64,000 bases of DNA from Candidatus Subterrananammoxibius californiae (lineage in GTDB: Bacteria; Planctomycetota; Brocadiia; Brocadiales; Subterrananammoxibiaceae), in NCBI GenBank assembly GCA_030586555.1, contig JAURAC010000007.1, forward strand, positions 35,611 through 99,610. Reading direction: 5' to 3'. Of this stretch, positions 10,601 through 21,531 are shown piece by piece. Within the stretch, counting starts at the first letter, position 1; each line of letters starts with the position of its first letter. Both the position numbers and the translations under genes were made by a program. Under the pieces are notes generated by a model, which worked only from the letters and a program-made list of their open reading frames with translations, ran no database searches and was not told where the DNA came from.

Positions 10601-13600
10601 AAAATGCATTCTTCTCACCACCTCTGCAGCCCCATCTCAAACCCCCTTTTCAACTTCCGAGAAGCGATCTCCTATTGGGATTGGATTTCTAATATCCGTG
10701 TTAAGGAATGCCGGGCACGAAGTCTTCTTCATTGACAATTACCTTCAACCAAGCGACTTCCTCGAAACAGATTATCTTCAACGAAACAAGATAGACTACG
10801 TTGGTATATATGCGAATACCATCTGTTACCGTGATACACTTCGTATGTTTTACAGGCTCGAATACCTCAGGCGCGCAGGAAAATGGAACGGGAAGATTAT
10901 TGTGGGGGGGCCACACACAACCGTTGCTTTGGACACCATTCCCAATTTTGTGGACTATGTGGTGCAGGGTGAGGGCGAACGGGCTATTGTTGACATCGTT
11001 GAAGACAGGGTAAGTAATAGGGTTGTATGGTATCCACCTATAAAGAATCTTGACGAATTACCCATGCCGGCATGGGATTACTTTGTCCATTTACCCTATA
11101 AATGGAGTATAGACTGGGTTGAAGGACAACCGATTTTTACTATGAACACCAGTCGTGGATGTCCGTTTCAATGCACATTTTGCTCTGTAAGTTCTATATG
11201 GGGCAAGCGATACACCTATTTCAACGCAGAAAGGATTGTTTCTGACATTGAACATCTCATCAAACACTATAATGCAAAAGGAATCTACTTTAGAGAAGAT
11301 AATTTTACCCTCAATCGAAACAGATTAATAAAATTTTGTAATCTTTTGATTGAGAAGGGAATCAATATATCCTGGACATGTGAAACGAGGGTAAACACGC
11401 TCGATAGAGAAATTGTAAAATTGATGTACAGTGCAGGGGCCAGAGCCTTCTATTTTGGTGTGGAGAGTGGTTCTCAGAAAATACTGGACTTCGTAAAAAA
11501 AGGTATTACAACCGAACAAACAAGGAATGCATTTAAATTATGTAACGAGTTCGGAATTAAAACCGCAGCAAGTGTAATAGTAGGAGTTCCAACCGAAACA
11601 GAAAAAGATATTAAACAGACTATTAAATTAATAGAAGAAATTAAGCCAACAGTAACCTGGTATAACGTCTTTGTAGGTATACCTGATAGCGGGCTATGTC
11701 AATATGTAAAAGAGAATAAACTTTATGAATTTATAGATGACAGGGGTTTAGTATATTTAAAGGGACACAACGAACGTGTGAAGAGATTCTATGGCGATTC
11801 CTGGAATGCTCACACCCCCTGTAATCTCACTAATCCGAAAATAAGCGTTGTTATGTCAGTTTATAATGGCAGTAATTTCCTTGAAAACTCTCTAAAAAGC
11901 ATTTTAACACAGAGTTATCAAGACTTTGAGTTCATAATTATTAATGATGCCTCAACTGATAGCACTACAAAAATATTAAAGAAGATTGAAGACCCACGAG
12001 TAAGAATTATCACAAATCCAAAAAATCTTGGTCTAACGAAATCCCTTAATAAAGGCATAGAAATTGCCAGAGGAAAATATATTGCCAGGATGGATGCCGA
12101 CGATATCTCTCTGCCTCATCGTTTTGAAACACAGCTTAATTTTCTTGAAAAAAATCCTGATTACGCTCTTGTAGGCAGCTCACTCTACCAGATAGACGAT
12201 GGCGGAAGAACAACATCTATTATTAATCTCCCTGCCGATGATTCGAGTATCAAAGGAAGACTTAGAAAGGGAAATCAGTTTGGACATGGTAGCGTAATGA
12301 TAAGAAAGGATGTCCTTTTACAGAGCGGAAAATATAACGAAAGATTCAAGTACTCGCAGGACTATGACCTATGGCTCAGAATTGCAGAAACTCATAAGGT
12401 AGCCAATATAGGTGAACCACTTTATTACTGGAGATTAACGAAGTCATGCATCTCCACGGAAAAAGGCGCTGAACAAAAATATTACGCCGACCTTGCCACT
12501 TCAGAGGCACAAAAAAGAGAGTTAGTAAAATCATCACAGTGTAATGGCAAACGAGAATTTAGGGTAATAGCAATAATCGCCGCACATAACGAGGGAGACG
12601 TAATCTACCACGTCATTGGTGACCTTGTAAAACAGGGAATCGAAGTTTATTTTATCAATCATTGTTCAACAGATAATACTGTACAAGAGGCTTCAAAGTG
12701 GCTGGGCAAGGGTCTTATCCACATTGAAAACTTTCCACAAGATTGTAATTATCCCGAACAAAATAAAAAAGAATATATATGGTCTCATATTTTGAAAAGG
12801 AAGCAAGAATTGGCGGTAAGCCTCGATGCGGATTGGTTCATTCATCACGATGCTGACGAATTCAGAGAATCCCCCTGGCATGGACTTTCTCTTCGTGAGG
12901 CAATTTATGTCGTTGATAGAAGTGGTTACAATGCCATAGATTTTGCACTCTTCAATTTTCACCCAACTGACGACAGTTTTGCTCCCTGCACAGACGTAAG
13001 AGAAACAATAAAATACTATGAGCAAGGAGAAGATTTTAATAAACTACAAATAAAAGCATGGAAGAAGCATAAAGAACCTGTGGACCTGATAACTCACGGT
13101 GGACATAATGTAACCTTTAATGATAAAAAGACATATCCAATAAAGTTTATCTTGCGTCATTATCCGATACGCAGCCAGTCCCACGGTGTGAAGAAGGTTT
13201 TCCAAGAACGCAAGAAAAGGTTCAATGCTCAAGAGCGCAGAATGAATTGGCACATTCAATATAATAAAGTAACCACTGAAAACTATAATTTTTTACACAA
13301 TGCTTCTAATCTAAAGTTATACGATGGAAACAAAGTTCGTCTCTTGCTTTTAAGCGAACAGGCTTATGCAATTAAACAACAACTTTCAACCATATCTGCC
13401 AAAGAAGACTCATCCCTAAAAAAACCTGCATTTGTGTCCCACACCTCTGATGTAAAAACTGGGCTTGCGGCATCCATCATGACCAGAGGAAAGACCCTAA
13501 CCCAAATGGGGAAACTGGATGAAGCAATAAAAGAATTTGAAAAGCTGGTAAATTTACACCCGGATTATTCAGATGGATATGTTAGCCTTGCAAGTGCATA

Positions 13601-16600
13601 TTATAAAAGAGGAGATTTACCCAAGGCGGAAGAGAACTTTAAAAAGGCTATTGAATTAGACGCCAATAACATCGCTGCTGCGAAAAATCTTGCACACCTC
13701 TATTTTGATAAGAAGGATTACAACCAGGCAATTTCTGCATGTGAAGCCGTCCTATTAAAGGATTGCAAGGATGCAGATGCATTAGTGCTTCTCAGCAATT
13801 GCTATTTTGAAATGAATGCTTACGAGGCTGCACTCATTGGATACGAAAAAGCATTAGAGCTTTCACCAAAACTTAAGGACGCAAAAAAAGGTCTATCTTT
13901 AGTAAAAGTAAGACTAAAAACTAATAAGAAATCAAAACCTTGCAGTCCCTCCTCTCCCCTACTCCTCAAGAAAGGTAGCATTAACGGAAAAAACAACAAA
14001 AAGATTAAAAATAAGGCTAAGTGCTCAATAATTGTTCCAACCTACAATAAGGTTGAATATACAAAGCAATGTCTCAAGTCTCTGTTTGAAAACACAGATT
14101 GTGAAAATTACGAGATTATTGTGGTTGATAACGCATCAACTGACGGTACGAAAGACTTCCTGAAAACCTTTAATGGAACAATTAATGTTATAGCTAACAG
14201 TAATAACCTTGGGTTTGCAAAGGCATGTAATCAAGGGGCAAAAATAGCCACAGGAAAATATCTCGTCTTCCTGAATAACGATACTACACTGCATCCAGGC
14301 TGGCTAACAGAAATGGTTAAACTCATTGAAGCCGACGAACGTATTGCTATCGTAGGAAATAAGCAAATCTACCCTCCACAAAACATTTCAGTCGGAGGCA
14401 TGATATGGCACGCAGGGGTTGTTATTAATGAAAACAGGGTTTCTCAGTGCATATATAACGGTTACGACCAGAACCATCCATTTACAAATAAAATCCGTGA
14501 ATTTCCAGCCGTGGCAGGAAGTTGTATGCTCGTGCGTAAAGATGTTTTTGAAAAATTGAATGGGTTTGATGAGATATATTTGAACAGTCATGAGGATATT
14601 GATTTTTGCCTCAGGGCACGCGAGATTGGATACAAGGTTATGTACTGTCCTAAAAGTGTGATTGAACATCATGTTTCCGTCAGCGAGGGCCGCCACGATA
14701 ATGAATCAAAAAACGCAAAGATATTCAGAGAACGGTGGGTAAAGCGCCTTGCACCAGATGACTGGAAATATTACCGGGAGGATGCAAAAGAATTCCTTGA
14801 TTCCTATAAATTCAGGAATCTACCTGCCAGCAGTAACGGTCACCAAGACATGCCCTTTATTGGCTTCCTGAGCACATACAACCAGAAGTGTGGATTAGCC
14901 ACATACGCCCAGCAGTTGCTTGCCTACTACAACCCTTCGAAGGTGCTCATATTCGCAGAACATGGAAAAGACATACTGCCTGAGCCAGACCCGATAAACC
15001 TTATAAGATGTTGGACCAGGCACAGCCCGGACTATCACTTCGTTGCAGAATTAGTAAGAAGACAAAATATGCCACTTATACACATCAACAATCAACGTGG
15101 CCTATTAAGTGAACCCCTTGTTGATTTGATGAACCATCTCTACCAAGATGGCCGCCGCATCATCGTCACATTCCACAGTACAGTAAGATTCAACATGACG
15201 GAACGGGAATGTTTTAACTTTATTGACAAAGCCATCGTCCATACCCCTGAAAACAAACTTGAACTTATAGCTAATGGTTGTGATGAAAAGAAAATTGTTG
15301 TCATACCGCATGGTGTGCCTGTGGCTAAACTTGTTGATAAATATTCTGCAAGGCAAAAGTTAAATCTGCCTCAGGGTCAAAATATAATCACATCGTTTGG
15401 GTTTGTTCAAGAAAGCAAGGGGATACATGAAATCATTGAGGCGGTAGCAAGGCTTAAAGCAAATGGTATCCCGGTCAAATATTTTATCTTAGGTACTTAT
15501 CATCCGCACAATCAAGATTCAAAGATATATCTGGAGAAGTGTAAAGCCCTTGCACTGCGACTCGGAGTAGCAAACCTTGTAGCCTTCAAGGATGAATATC
15601 TATCAGATGATACCGTTCTACAGTATCTTCACGCCTCAGACGCCATTATTATGAATTACAAGTCTAACACATACGAGTCCTCTGGTGCTGCCGCCTTTGC
15701 AATATCTGCATGTAGGCCATTAATTACATCCAATGCACCGATGTTCGCAACCTATGGAGATGCCTGCCTGCATATAGGCGATGCCTACCCACTTGAACTT
15801 GCAATATATAATGTGCTCAGCGACCCCTTCCTGAGAAATTGTCTTCAAAAGAATGCGCTTAAATTTATTGAGGAAAATAACTGGCAAAGAATCGCTGAAA
15901 AACATCTCTCGTTATATGCTGAGGTAATGAATAAGACCAACCGAACCTCTTTTAATCTTCTTGAACGTTACGGCAGTCACCCTGATAATATTTATGATGA
16001 AGATTTCCAGCGGGAAAGGATTGATTGGTTAAAATTCAGGGTAGAAGGACGCATTCTTGAGGTTGGTTGTGCAACCGGTTTCGTCTCGGAATATGTGGGG
16101 GCATTTGCAGCGATGGACATTGATGAAGGACGCCTTGGCGTCTCTAATCGTTTGCGAAAATCATGCCGATTTATCAAGGCAGATGCAACAAAAGGAATCC
16201 CATTTAAAGACAAGTCATTCGATACGGTAATACTGGCAGAGGTACTCGAGCATGTTCCGTTTGATAAGTCAAAGACTATGCTTTCAGAAGCTATTCGTGT
16301 GGGTAAAAAAGTGTTAATAACTATTCCATACGATGGCGAAGCAAAACACGAGGAACTATCAAACAACACCGAGCACTTCTGGCTTGGAAACGAAGAAAAT
16401 GTTAAAGAACTTTTCTCAGACGTATCTAATGTTAAGCCAAAAATAGAATTTTCATCGAAAATGGACTTTATCTTGGTCTCACAAAAAGTGGGTTCCATTA
16501 TGCCACGACCGCCATCAATAAGCACAAAATCAAAAAGGCACATCACGCCTGCTAAAACGAAAAGTAGCAAAGACACAAATCGAGACAGTTCTGTCAAGCA

Positions 16601-16748
16601 AAGTATTCACTGGTTAGGAGGACTCTTTGGACTCGATGGATATTCAAATGCAGCTCGAAATTATGCATTGGGACTCTCAGAAATTGGCGTAGATATATCC
16701 ACTGAACCACTTTTTGACAACTGTCCTATTACAAAAGAATCGCAGTAA
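10590..16748 (+). CDS. Multidomain glycan-modifying megaprotein: B12-binding radical SAM + GT2 + GT2-like + TPR + GT2 + GT4 + methyltransferase + start of another GT4
   Basis: GGPHTT; RGCPFQCTFC (CxxxCxxC); ISVVMSVYN..RMDADD; HHDADE; TPRs; SIIVPTYN..FLNND; KCGLATY..KGIHE; ILEVGCATG. ATG 10590 overlaps the upstream stop. Confidence 0.85.
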   Translation: MSTKKCILLTTSAAPSQTPFSTSEKRSPIGIGFLISVLRNAGHEVFFIDNYLQPSDFLETDYLQRNKIDYVGIYANTICYRDTLRMFYRLEYLRRAGKWNGKIIVGGPHTTVALDTIPNFVDYVVQGEGERAIVDIVEDRVSNRVVWYPPIKNLDELPMPAWDYFVHLPYKWSIDWVEGQPIFTMNTSRGCPFQCTFCSVSSIWGKRYTYFNAERIVSDIEHLIKHYNAKGIYFREDNFTLNRNRLIKFCNLLIEKGINISWTCETRVNTLDREIVKLMYSAGARAFYFGVESGSQKILDFVKKGITTEQTRNAFKLCNEFGIKTAASVIVGVPTETEKDIKQTIKLIEEIKPTVTWYNVFVGIPDSGLCQYVKENKLYEFIDDRGLVYLKGHNERVKRFYGDSWNAHTPCNLTNPKISVVMSVYNGSNFLENSLKSILTQSYQDFEFIIINDASTDSTTKILKKIEDPRVRIITNPKNLGLTKSLNKGIEIARGKYIARMDADDISLPHRFETQLNFLEKNPDYALVGSSLYQIDDGGRTTSIINLPADDSSIKGRLRKGNQFGHGSVMIRKDVLLQSGKYNERFKYSQDYDLWLRIAETHKVANIGEPLYYWRLTKSCISTEKGAEQKYYADLATSEAQKRELVKSSQCNGKREFRVIAIIAAHNEGDVIYHVIGDLVKQGIEVYFINHCSTDNTVQEASKWLGKGLIHIENFPQDCNYPEQNKKEYIWSHILKRKQELAVSLDADWFIHHDADEFRESPWHGLSLREAIYVVDRSGYNAIDFALFNFHPTDDSFAPCTDVRETIKYYEQGEDFNKLQIKAWKKHKEPVDLITHGGHNVTFNDKKTYPIKFILRHYPIRSQSHGVKKVFQERKKRFNAQERRMNWHIQYNKVTTENYNFLHNASNLKLYDGNKVRLLLLSEQAYAIKQQLSTISAKEDSSLKKPAFVSHTSDVKTGLAASIMTRGKTLTQMGKLDEAIKEFEKLVNLHPDYSDGYVSLASAYYKRGDLPKAEENFKKAIELDANNIAAAKNLAHLYFDKKDYNQAISACEAVLLKDCKDADALVLLSNCYFEMNAYEAALIGYEKALELSPKLKDAKKGLSLVKVRLKTNKKSKPCSPSSPLLLKKGSINGKNNKKIKNKAKCSIIVPTYNKVEYTKQCLKSLFENTDCENYEIIVVDNASTDGTKDFLKTFNGTINVIANSNNLGFAKACNQGAKIATGKYLVFLNNDTTLHPGWLTEMVKLIEADERIAIVGNKQIYPPQNISVGGMIWHAGVVINENRVSQCIYNGYDQNHPFTNKIREFPAVAGSCMLVRKDVFEKLNGFDEIYLNSHEDIDFCLRAREIGYKVMYCPKSVIEHHVSVSEGRHDNESKNAKIFRERWVKRLAPDDWKYYREDAKEFLDSYKFRNLPASSNGHQDMPFIGFLSTYNQKCGLATYAQQLLAYYNPSKVLIFAEHGKDILPEPDPINLIRCWTRHSPDYHFVAELVRRQNMPLIHINNQRGLLSEPLVDLMNHLYQDGRRIIVTFHSTVRFNMTERECFNFIDKAIVHTPENKLELIANGCDEKKIVVIPHGVPVAKLVDKYSARQKLNLPQGQNIITSFGFVQESKGIHEIIEAVARLKANGIPVKYFILGTYHPHNQDSKIYLEKCKALALRLGVANLVAFKDEYLSDDTVLQYLHASDAIIMNYKSNTYESSGAAAFAISACRPLITSNAPMFATYGDACLHIGDAYPLELAIYNVLSDPFLRNCLQKNALKFIEENNWQRIAEKHLSLYAEVMNKTNRTSFNLLERYGSHPDNIYDEDFQRERIDWLKFRVEGRILEVGCATGFVSEYVGAFAAMDIDEGRLGVSNRLRKSCRFIKADATKGIPFKDKSFDTVILAEVLEHVPFDKSKTMLSEAIRVGKKVLITIPYDGEAKHEELSNNTEHFWLGNEENVKELFSDVSNVKPKIEFSSKMDFILVSQKVGSIMPRPPSISTKSKRHITPAKTKSSKDTNRDSSVKQSIHWLGGLFGLDGYSNAARNYALGLSEIGVDISTEPLFDNCPITKESQ

Positions 16749-16781
16749 TATCAGGTTTATTACACCTATGGTGACTAAAAT

Positions 16782-19700
16782 ATGAAAAAACATAGCTTAC
16801 TTATCACCGATAAGAATGGGAAACCAGGTAGATATACAATTGAAAGTCCAGTTGATGACGAAACATTTAATAAACTAATAGGGCTTGCCCACCCATCGAA
16901 ACAAAGCCCGATATATGTATGTCACTATATCCCGGTTAGCATAAAGGGGCTTGATTTCTACAGGCTCTTTCGCCAGCTTAAACCTGTAATGAAATATTAT
17001 GTCGGGTACACTACTTTTGAGACCGACAGCATTCCAAATACATGGGTTGATTCTTGTAACCAGATGGATGAGATATGGGTACCAAGCACATTCAATCAAA
17101 AAACCTTTTGTAAGGCTGGGGTTGACCCAGAAAAAATCTTTGTTATTCCGCATGGTGTAAATCCATCTCTCTTCAATTTGGACCGTGTTAGGCCCATAAT
17201 ATATGGTAAACCAGCCGGATTTACTTTCCTTTCTATATTCGAGTTCACTTATCGAAAAGGCTGGGATGTGCTTATAAAGGCATATCTCGAGGAGTTTACG
17301 CCTGGTGAGGATGTGCGTTTAATCATTAAAACCCACCGGGGGGCTGCGGTTCTTCAGGAAGAAAAAGGTTCCGTAAAGGATATTTTAAATAATTATATTT
17401 TAAGCATTGGATTTAACCCTGAAAATACTCCCCCAATCATAATCGTGGAAGAGCCAATCCCACTTGAACAGATGCCGAGTTTTTACAAAATGGCAAATGC
17501 CTTTATCCTACCCACCAGAGGCGAGGGATGGGGTATACCGCTTGCCGAGTCAATGCTTATGGGTCTGCCTACTATAGCAACACGCTGGGGTGGCCAGCTT
17601 GATTTTATGAACGACGACAACTCTTACTTAATAGATGTAAAAGGCCTTGTTCCTGTATCCCAGGAACAGATAAAGGATAATCCATTCTATACTGGCCATA
17701 ATTGGGCAGAGCCATCGGTAAAACATACACGCCAGCTTATGAGATTCGTTTTTGAAAATCGCAAGAATGCAATTAAAACTGGAGATAAAGCCAGAGAAGA
17801 CATATTAAACAATTGGACACACATTCATGCCGCAAAAAAGATTAGTAAAAGGATAAGCGAAATAGAGAAAAAGTTCCCTATCGCAAGAAAATCAGATTCA
17901 ATTGTAAGAACAAAACGTGACTTGGCAGTTATATGGAATGGAGTAATATTTGATGAAAGCGGTTATGCTGATGAGGCAAGGAATCTTATTACTAATTTAG
18001 ACAGTCTGGGAGTTACCATAAAGATTAGCCAGATTGGATTAGCCTCTCCCCATTTCATTACAAAAATGAATTCTACCACAAGAGAAACGCTTTTTCGCTT
18101 TATGTTTGAGAAAATCCCTGACAAGTTTATAAGTATAGTGCAGATTCCAGCACATAGTTTCTTCATTAATCCAAATGCGAGGCGCAACATTGGTCGTACG
18201 CTCTTTGAGAGCGACCGTTTGCCTCCCTTGTGGGTAAAAAACTGTAATGTAATGGACGAGGTATGGGTAGCAAGTGATTTTAATATACAGACTTTTGCAA
18301 AAAGCGGCGTTGAGCTGTCTAAACTATATAAAATTCCAGAGGGCATTGACCTTGAGTTTTACAATCCTAATGTTGCTCCACTTAAATTGCCGGAAAGGCG
18401 TGGTTTTAACTTCCTTTCAATCTTTGCATGGCAGTACAGAAAGGGATGGGATATTCTCTTAAGGGCTTACATTGAGGAATTTGATAAATCGGAAGATGTT
18501 TGTCTTACCCTGCGGGCTTACCCTTTCGACCCACGCCAGAAGGCTCAAGCGGAAAATATTATTAATACAAAAATTAAGGACTTTGTAACAAGGGTGATGC
18601 ACCGCAATATAAAAGACATTCCCTCCATTTCTCTCCTCAGTGACATAGTTCCCATTGAGCAAATGCCGCAACTATACAAGGCTGCAGATGCATTCGTTCT
18701 ACCCTCTCGCGGCGAGGGTTGGGGAAGGCCGTATATGGAGGCAATGGCAATGGAACTGCCAACCATTGGCACCAGATGGAGTGGTAATCTGGAGTTCATG
18801 AACGATGCTAATTCATTTCTCATTGATATTGAAGGTCTTGTTGAAGCTCCTCCTGATACCGATGTTGATTATTTCGCAGGTCACAAATTTGCAGAGCCTT
18901 CAGTGAAGCATTTGCAAAGGTTGATGCGATATGTTTTTGAAAATCGTAAAGTAGCAAAACAAAAGGCACAAAAGGCTCGTGCCTTTTTTGCCGAGAACTA
19001 CACATGGCAAAAGGTTGCCCAGATGATTGTGGACCGTTTGACCGAGGAGAACCCCTCTTATACAGTTAAGCCACTTGGCGTTACACCCTCTTGTACGACC
19101 AGGACATTTAGAGTTGCATGGGAGGGCTCCCAATTCGTAAACCACAGTCTGGCGCTTATTAACCGAGAATTAACCATTGCTTTAACCAAATCACAGAAAT
19201 GCGACCTTAACCTCGCCCCATACGAAGCGCATCAATTTGGAAAAGAGGCTGACCCGGAGCGCTTCAGCATAATTGAAGAAAGGTTAAATAAAGTCCCATC
19301 AAAGCCTGTAGAATTTCATGTCCGTCATCAGTACCCACCTAATTTTAATCCTCCAGAATCAGGGTACTGGATTAACATTCAACCCTGGGAATTTGGAAGT
19401 TTGCTGAAAACATGGATTAAGCCGATGCAAAACCTGATGGACGAATTATGGGTCCCGAGCAATCACGTACGAAGGTGTTATATTGACAGCGGAATTAATC
19501 CTGAAAAGGTATTTGTTATACCTAACGGCGTCAATACTAATGCGTTTAATCCTAAAGTCCAACCCATGAAGCTCAACGCGAAGAAGTCCTTCAAATTTCT
19601 TTTTGTAGGCGGCACAATCTGGCGAAAGGGGATTGATATACTGCTTGAATCATACGTGCGGTCTTTTACCAGTAACGATAACGTTTGCCTAGTAATAAAG

Positions 19701-20273
19701 GATATGGGACGAGATAGTTTTTACAAAGGTCAAGACGCCTCGAAGATAATAAGTGCTATCCAAGCGACACCCAACGCCCCTGAAATTTTATACCTTACTG
19801 AAGATATTCCTGTAGGAAAGATAGCAGGATTATATACAGCCTGTGATTGCCTTGTGCATCCTTACAGAGGGGAAGGCTTTGGTTTGCCAGTGGCTGAGGC
19901 TATGGCATGCGGCCTGCCTGTCATTGTAACAAAGGGTGGAGCGACTGATGATTTCTGCACATCTGAAACTGCATATCAGATACATGCAAAGGTAATATAT
20001 TTCAGTAAAAAAGAGTTTGTTGGTCAGGGATGGGTATTAGACCCGGACAGGATTGCTCTTTCTGAACAAATGAAATACGTTTTTGAAAATCGAGATGAAG
20101 CAAGACTTAAAGGATTAAAGGCAAGCAAGTATATCAAGGAGAGCCTGACATGGGAAAAAGCTGCCGATATGATTATTGAAAGATTCGCTGCGTTACCCAG
20201 TAAACCTATATTACGGCACTCTGAAAAACCGGCTGAAATTCCTAACAAAAGGGTTGTCTTAAGTCATGCGTAA
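16782..20273 (+). CDS. Triple GT4 (GT-B) glycosyltransferase
   Basis: Three copies of RKGWD/RKGID...RGEGWG/RGEGFG.P..E motifs. Confidence 0.88.
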   Translation: MKKHSLLITDKNGKPGRYTIESPVDDETFNKLIGLAHPSKQSPIYVCHYIPVSIKGLDFYRLFRQLKPVMKYYVGYTTFETDSIPNTWVDSCNQMDEIWVPSTFNQKTFCKAGVDPEKIFVIPHGVNPSLFNLDRVRPIIYGKPAGFTFLSIFEFTYRKGWDVLIKAYLEEFTPGEDVRLIIKTHRGAAVLQEEKGSVKDILNNYILSIGFNPENTPPIIIVEEPIPLEQMPSFYKMANAFILPTRGEGWGIPLAESMLMGLPTIATRWGGQLDFMNDDNSYLIDVKGLVPVSQEQIKDNPFYTGHNWAEPSVKHTRQLMRFVFENRKNAIKTGDKAREDILNNWTHIHAAKKISKRISEIEKKFPIARKSDSIVRTKRDLAVIWNGVIFDESGYADEARNLITNLDSLGVTIKISQIGLASPHFITKMNSTTRETLFRFMFEKIPDKFISIVQIPAHSFFINPNARRNIGRTLFESDRLPPLWVKNCNVMDEVWVASDFNIQTFAKSGVELSKLYKIPEGIDLEFYNPNVAPLKLPERRGFNFLSIFAWQYRKGWDILLRAYIEEFDKSEDVCLTLRAYPFDPRQKAQAENIINTKIKDFVTRVMHRNIKDIPSISLLSDIVPIEQMPQLYKAADAFVLPSRGEGWGRPYMEAMAMELPTIGTRWSGNLEFMNDANSFLIDIEGLVEAPPDTDVDYFAGHKFAEPSVKHLQRLMRYVFENRKVAKQKAQKARAFFAENYTWQKVAQMIVDRLTEENPSYTVKPLGVTPSCTTRTFRVAWEGSQFVNHSLALINRELTIALTKSQKCDLNLAPYEAHQFGKEADPERFSIIEERLNKVPSKPVEFHVRHQYPPNFNPPESGYWINIQPWEFGSLLKTWIKPMQNLMDELWVPSNHVRRCYIDSGINPEKVFVIPNGVNTNAFNPKVQPMKLNAKKSFKFLFVGGTIWRKGIDILLESYVRSFTSNDNVCLVIKDMGRDSFYKGQDASKIISAIQATPNAPEILYLTEDIPVGKIAGLYTACDCLVHPYRGEGFGLPVAEAMACGLPVIVTKGGATDDFCTSETAYQIHAKVIYFSKKEFVGQGWVLDPDRIALSEQMKYVFENRDEARLKGLKASKYIKESLTWEKAADMIIERFAALPSKPILRHSEKPAEIPNKRVVLSHA

Positions 20274-21531
20274 GAAAAACACTGCCCATTATCAATGGGC
20301 ACCCGAAACCATATCCCTTTGCATGATTGTCAAGGATGAAGCACAAAACCTACCGCAATGTCTGGAAAGCGTAAGGGGCATAGTGGATGAGATAGTTATC
20401 CTGGACACTGGATCAAGTGATGCCACTGTGAAAATATCAAACAAATATGGGGCAAGGATTCTTCACCATCCATGGAATGGGAATTTTGGCGACATGAGAA
20501 ACTACGCTCTCAAACATCCCTCAGGAGCTTGGATTCTACAATTGGATGCCGACGAAAGATTGGTTCCTGAAGATGTTCAATTCATTAAGGAGGCAATAAA
20601 AAATAAAGGTGTTAATAGTGTCTTTTGTAATATTATTAATATTAAAGGCTCACTAATCGGGCATACTCAATTCTATAGCCAAAGGCTGTTCAGGAATGGT
20701 GCGGGGGCTTTTTACGAGGGGGCAGTTCATGAAACATTGCGGATTAAGGGCAACGCTCTGTTCCCTTCCAACATACGCATAATTCATCACGGTTATAATT
20801 TAGACGAAGCACAAATGATTGCTAAAAGCAAGAGAAACGCATCCATTCTGGAAAGACAAATAATGAAGAATCCCCACGATACCAGTTCTTTCCTTCATCT
20901 ATCAAAATGTTACTTTGCACAAGGCCTTTACGAACTGACAATACTTGCCGGGAAAAAAGTATTAGAAAACATTGATATAAGAACAATAAGAATTAACCCG
21001 GAGATAGAGGTATTTATGATAATGGCATTTGCCTACGTTCGCAAACACGACCTTGATGCGGCGGAGCGGATGTGCCAGTGCGCCATAGAAATTGATCACG
21101 ATTACATAGACCCTGCCTTCTTCATGGGAAAACTCTGTTACGATACGAAAAGATACGGGCAGGCAATTATATGGCTCAAACAATACAAAGAACTAAGAGA
21201 AGAATTAAAGAAAATACCAAGGTTTGACTTTAAGGAAACATATTTTATGGATGTTGCTTATGATGCGCACTTAACATTAGGCTCGTGCTATCTTGAGGTC
21301 GGTAAATTTGAAAAAGCAGAAAAAGAGTTTTTAAATGCAATTGAACAAAATCCTGAATCTGCAGAGGCATACAACGGCCTTGCCGTTGCGCTTGAACTGC
21401 AGGAAAGACACGATGAAGCGTTTATTAATTGTGTTAAGGCAATTGATTTAAAACCAGGATATACGGATGCGCAAGAAAACCTCCGACTAATTCATAATAA
21501 ACTGAAGCGCTATGAAACAATAAAAATATGA
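20266..21531 (+). CDS. GT2-TPR glycosyltransferase paralogue 2
   Basis: [14 protein letters not shown] and LDADE motifs plus TPRs. Confidence 0.88.
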   Translation: MRKKNTAHYQWAPETISLCMIVKDEAQNLPQCLESVRGIVDEIVILDTGSSDATVKISNKYGARILHHPWNGNFGDMRNYALKHPSGAWILQLDADERLVPEDVQFIKEAIKNKGVNSVFCNIINIKGSLIGHTQFYSQRLFRNGAGAFYEGAVHETLRIKGNALFPSNIRIIHHGYNLDEAQMIAKSKRNASILERQIMKNPHDTSSFLHLSKCYFAQGLYELTILAGKKVLENIDIRTIRINPEIEVFMIMAFAYVRKHDLDAAERMCQCAIEIDHDYIDPAFFMGKLCYDTKRYGQAIIWLKQYKELREELKKIPRFDFKETYFMDVAYDAHLTLGSCYLEVGKFEKAEKEFLNAIEQNPESAEAYNGLAVALELQERHDEAFINCVKAIDLKPGYTDAQENLRLIHNKLKRYETIKI

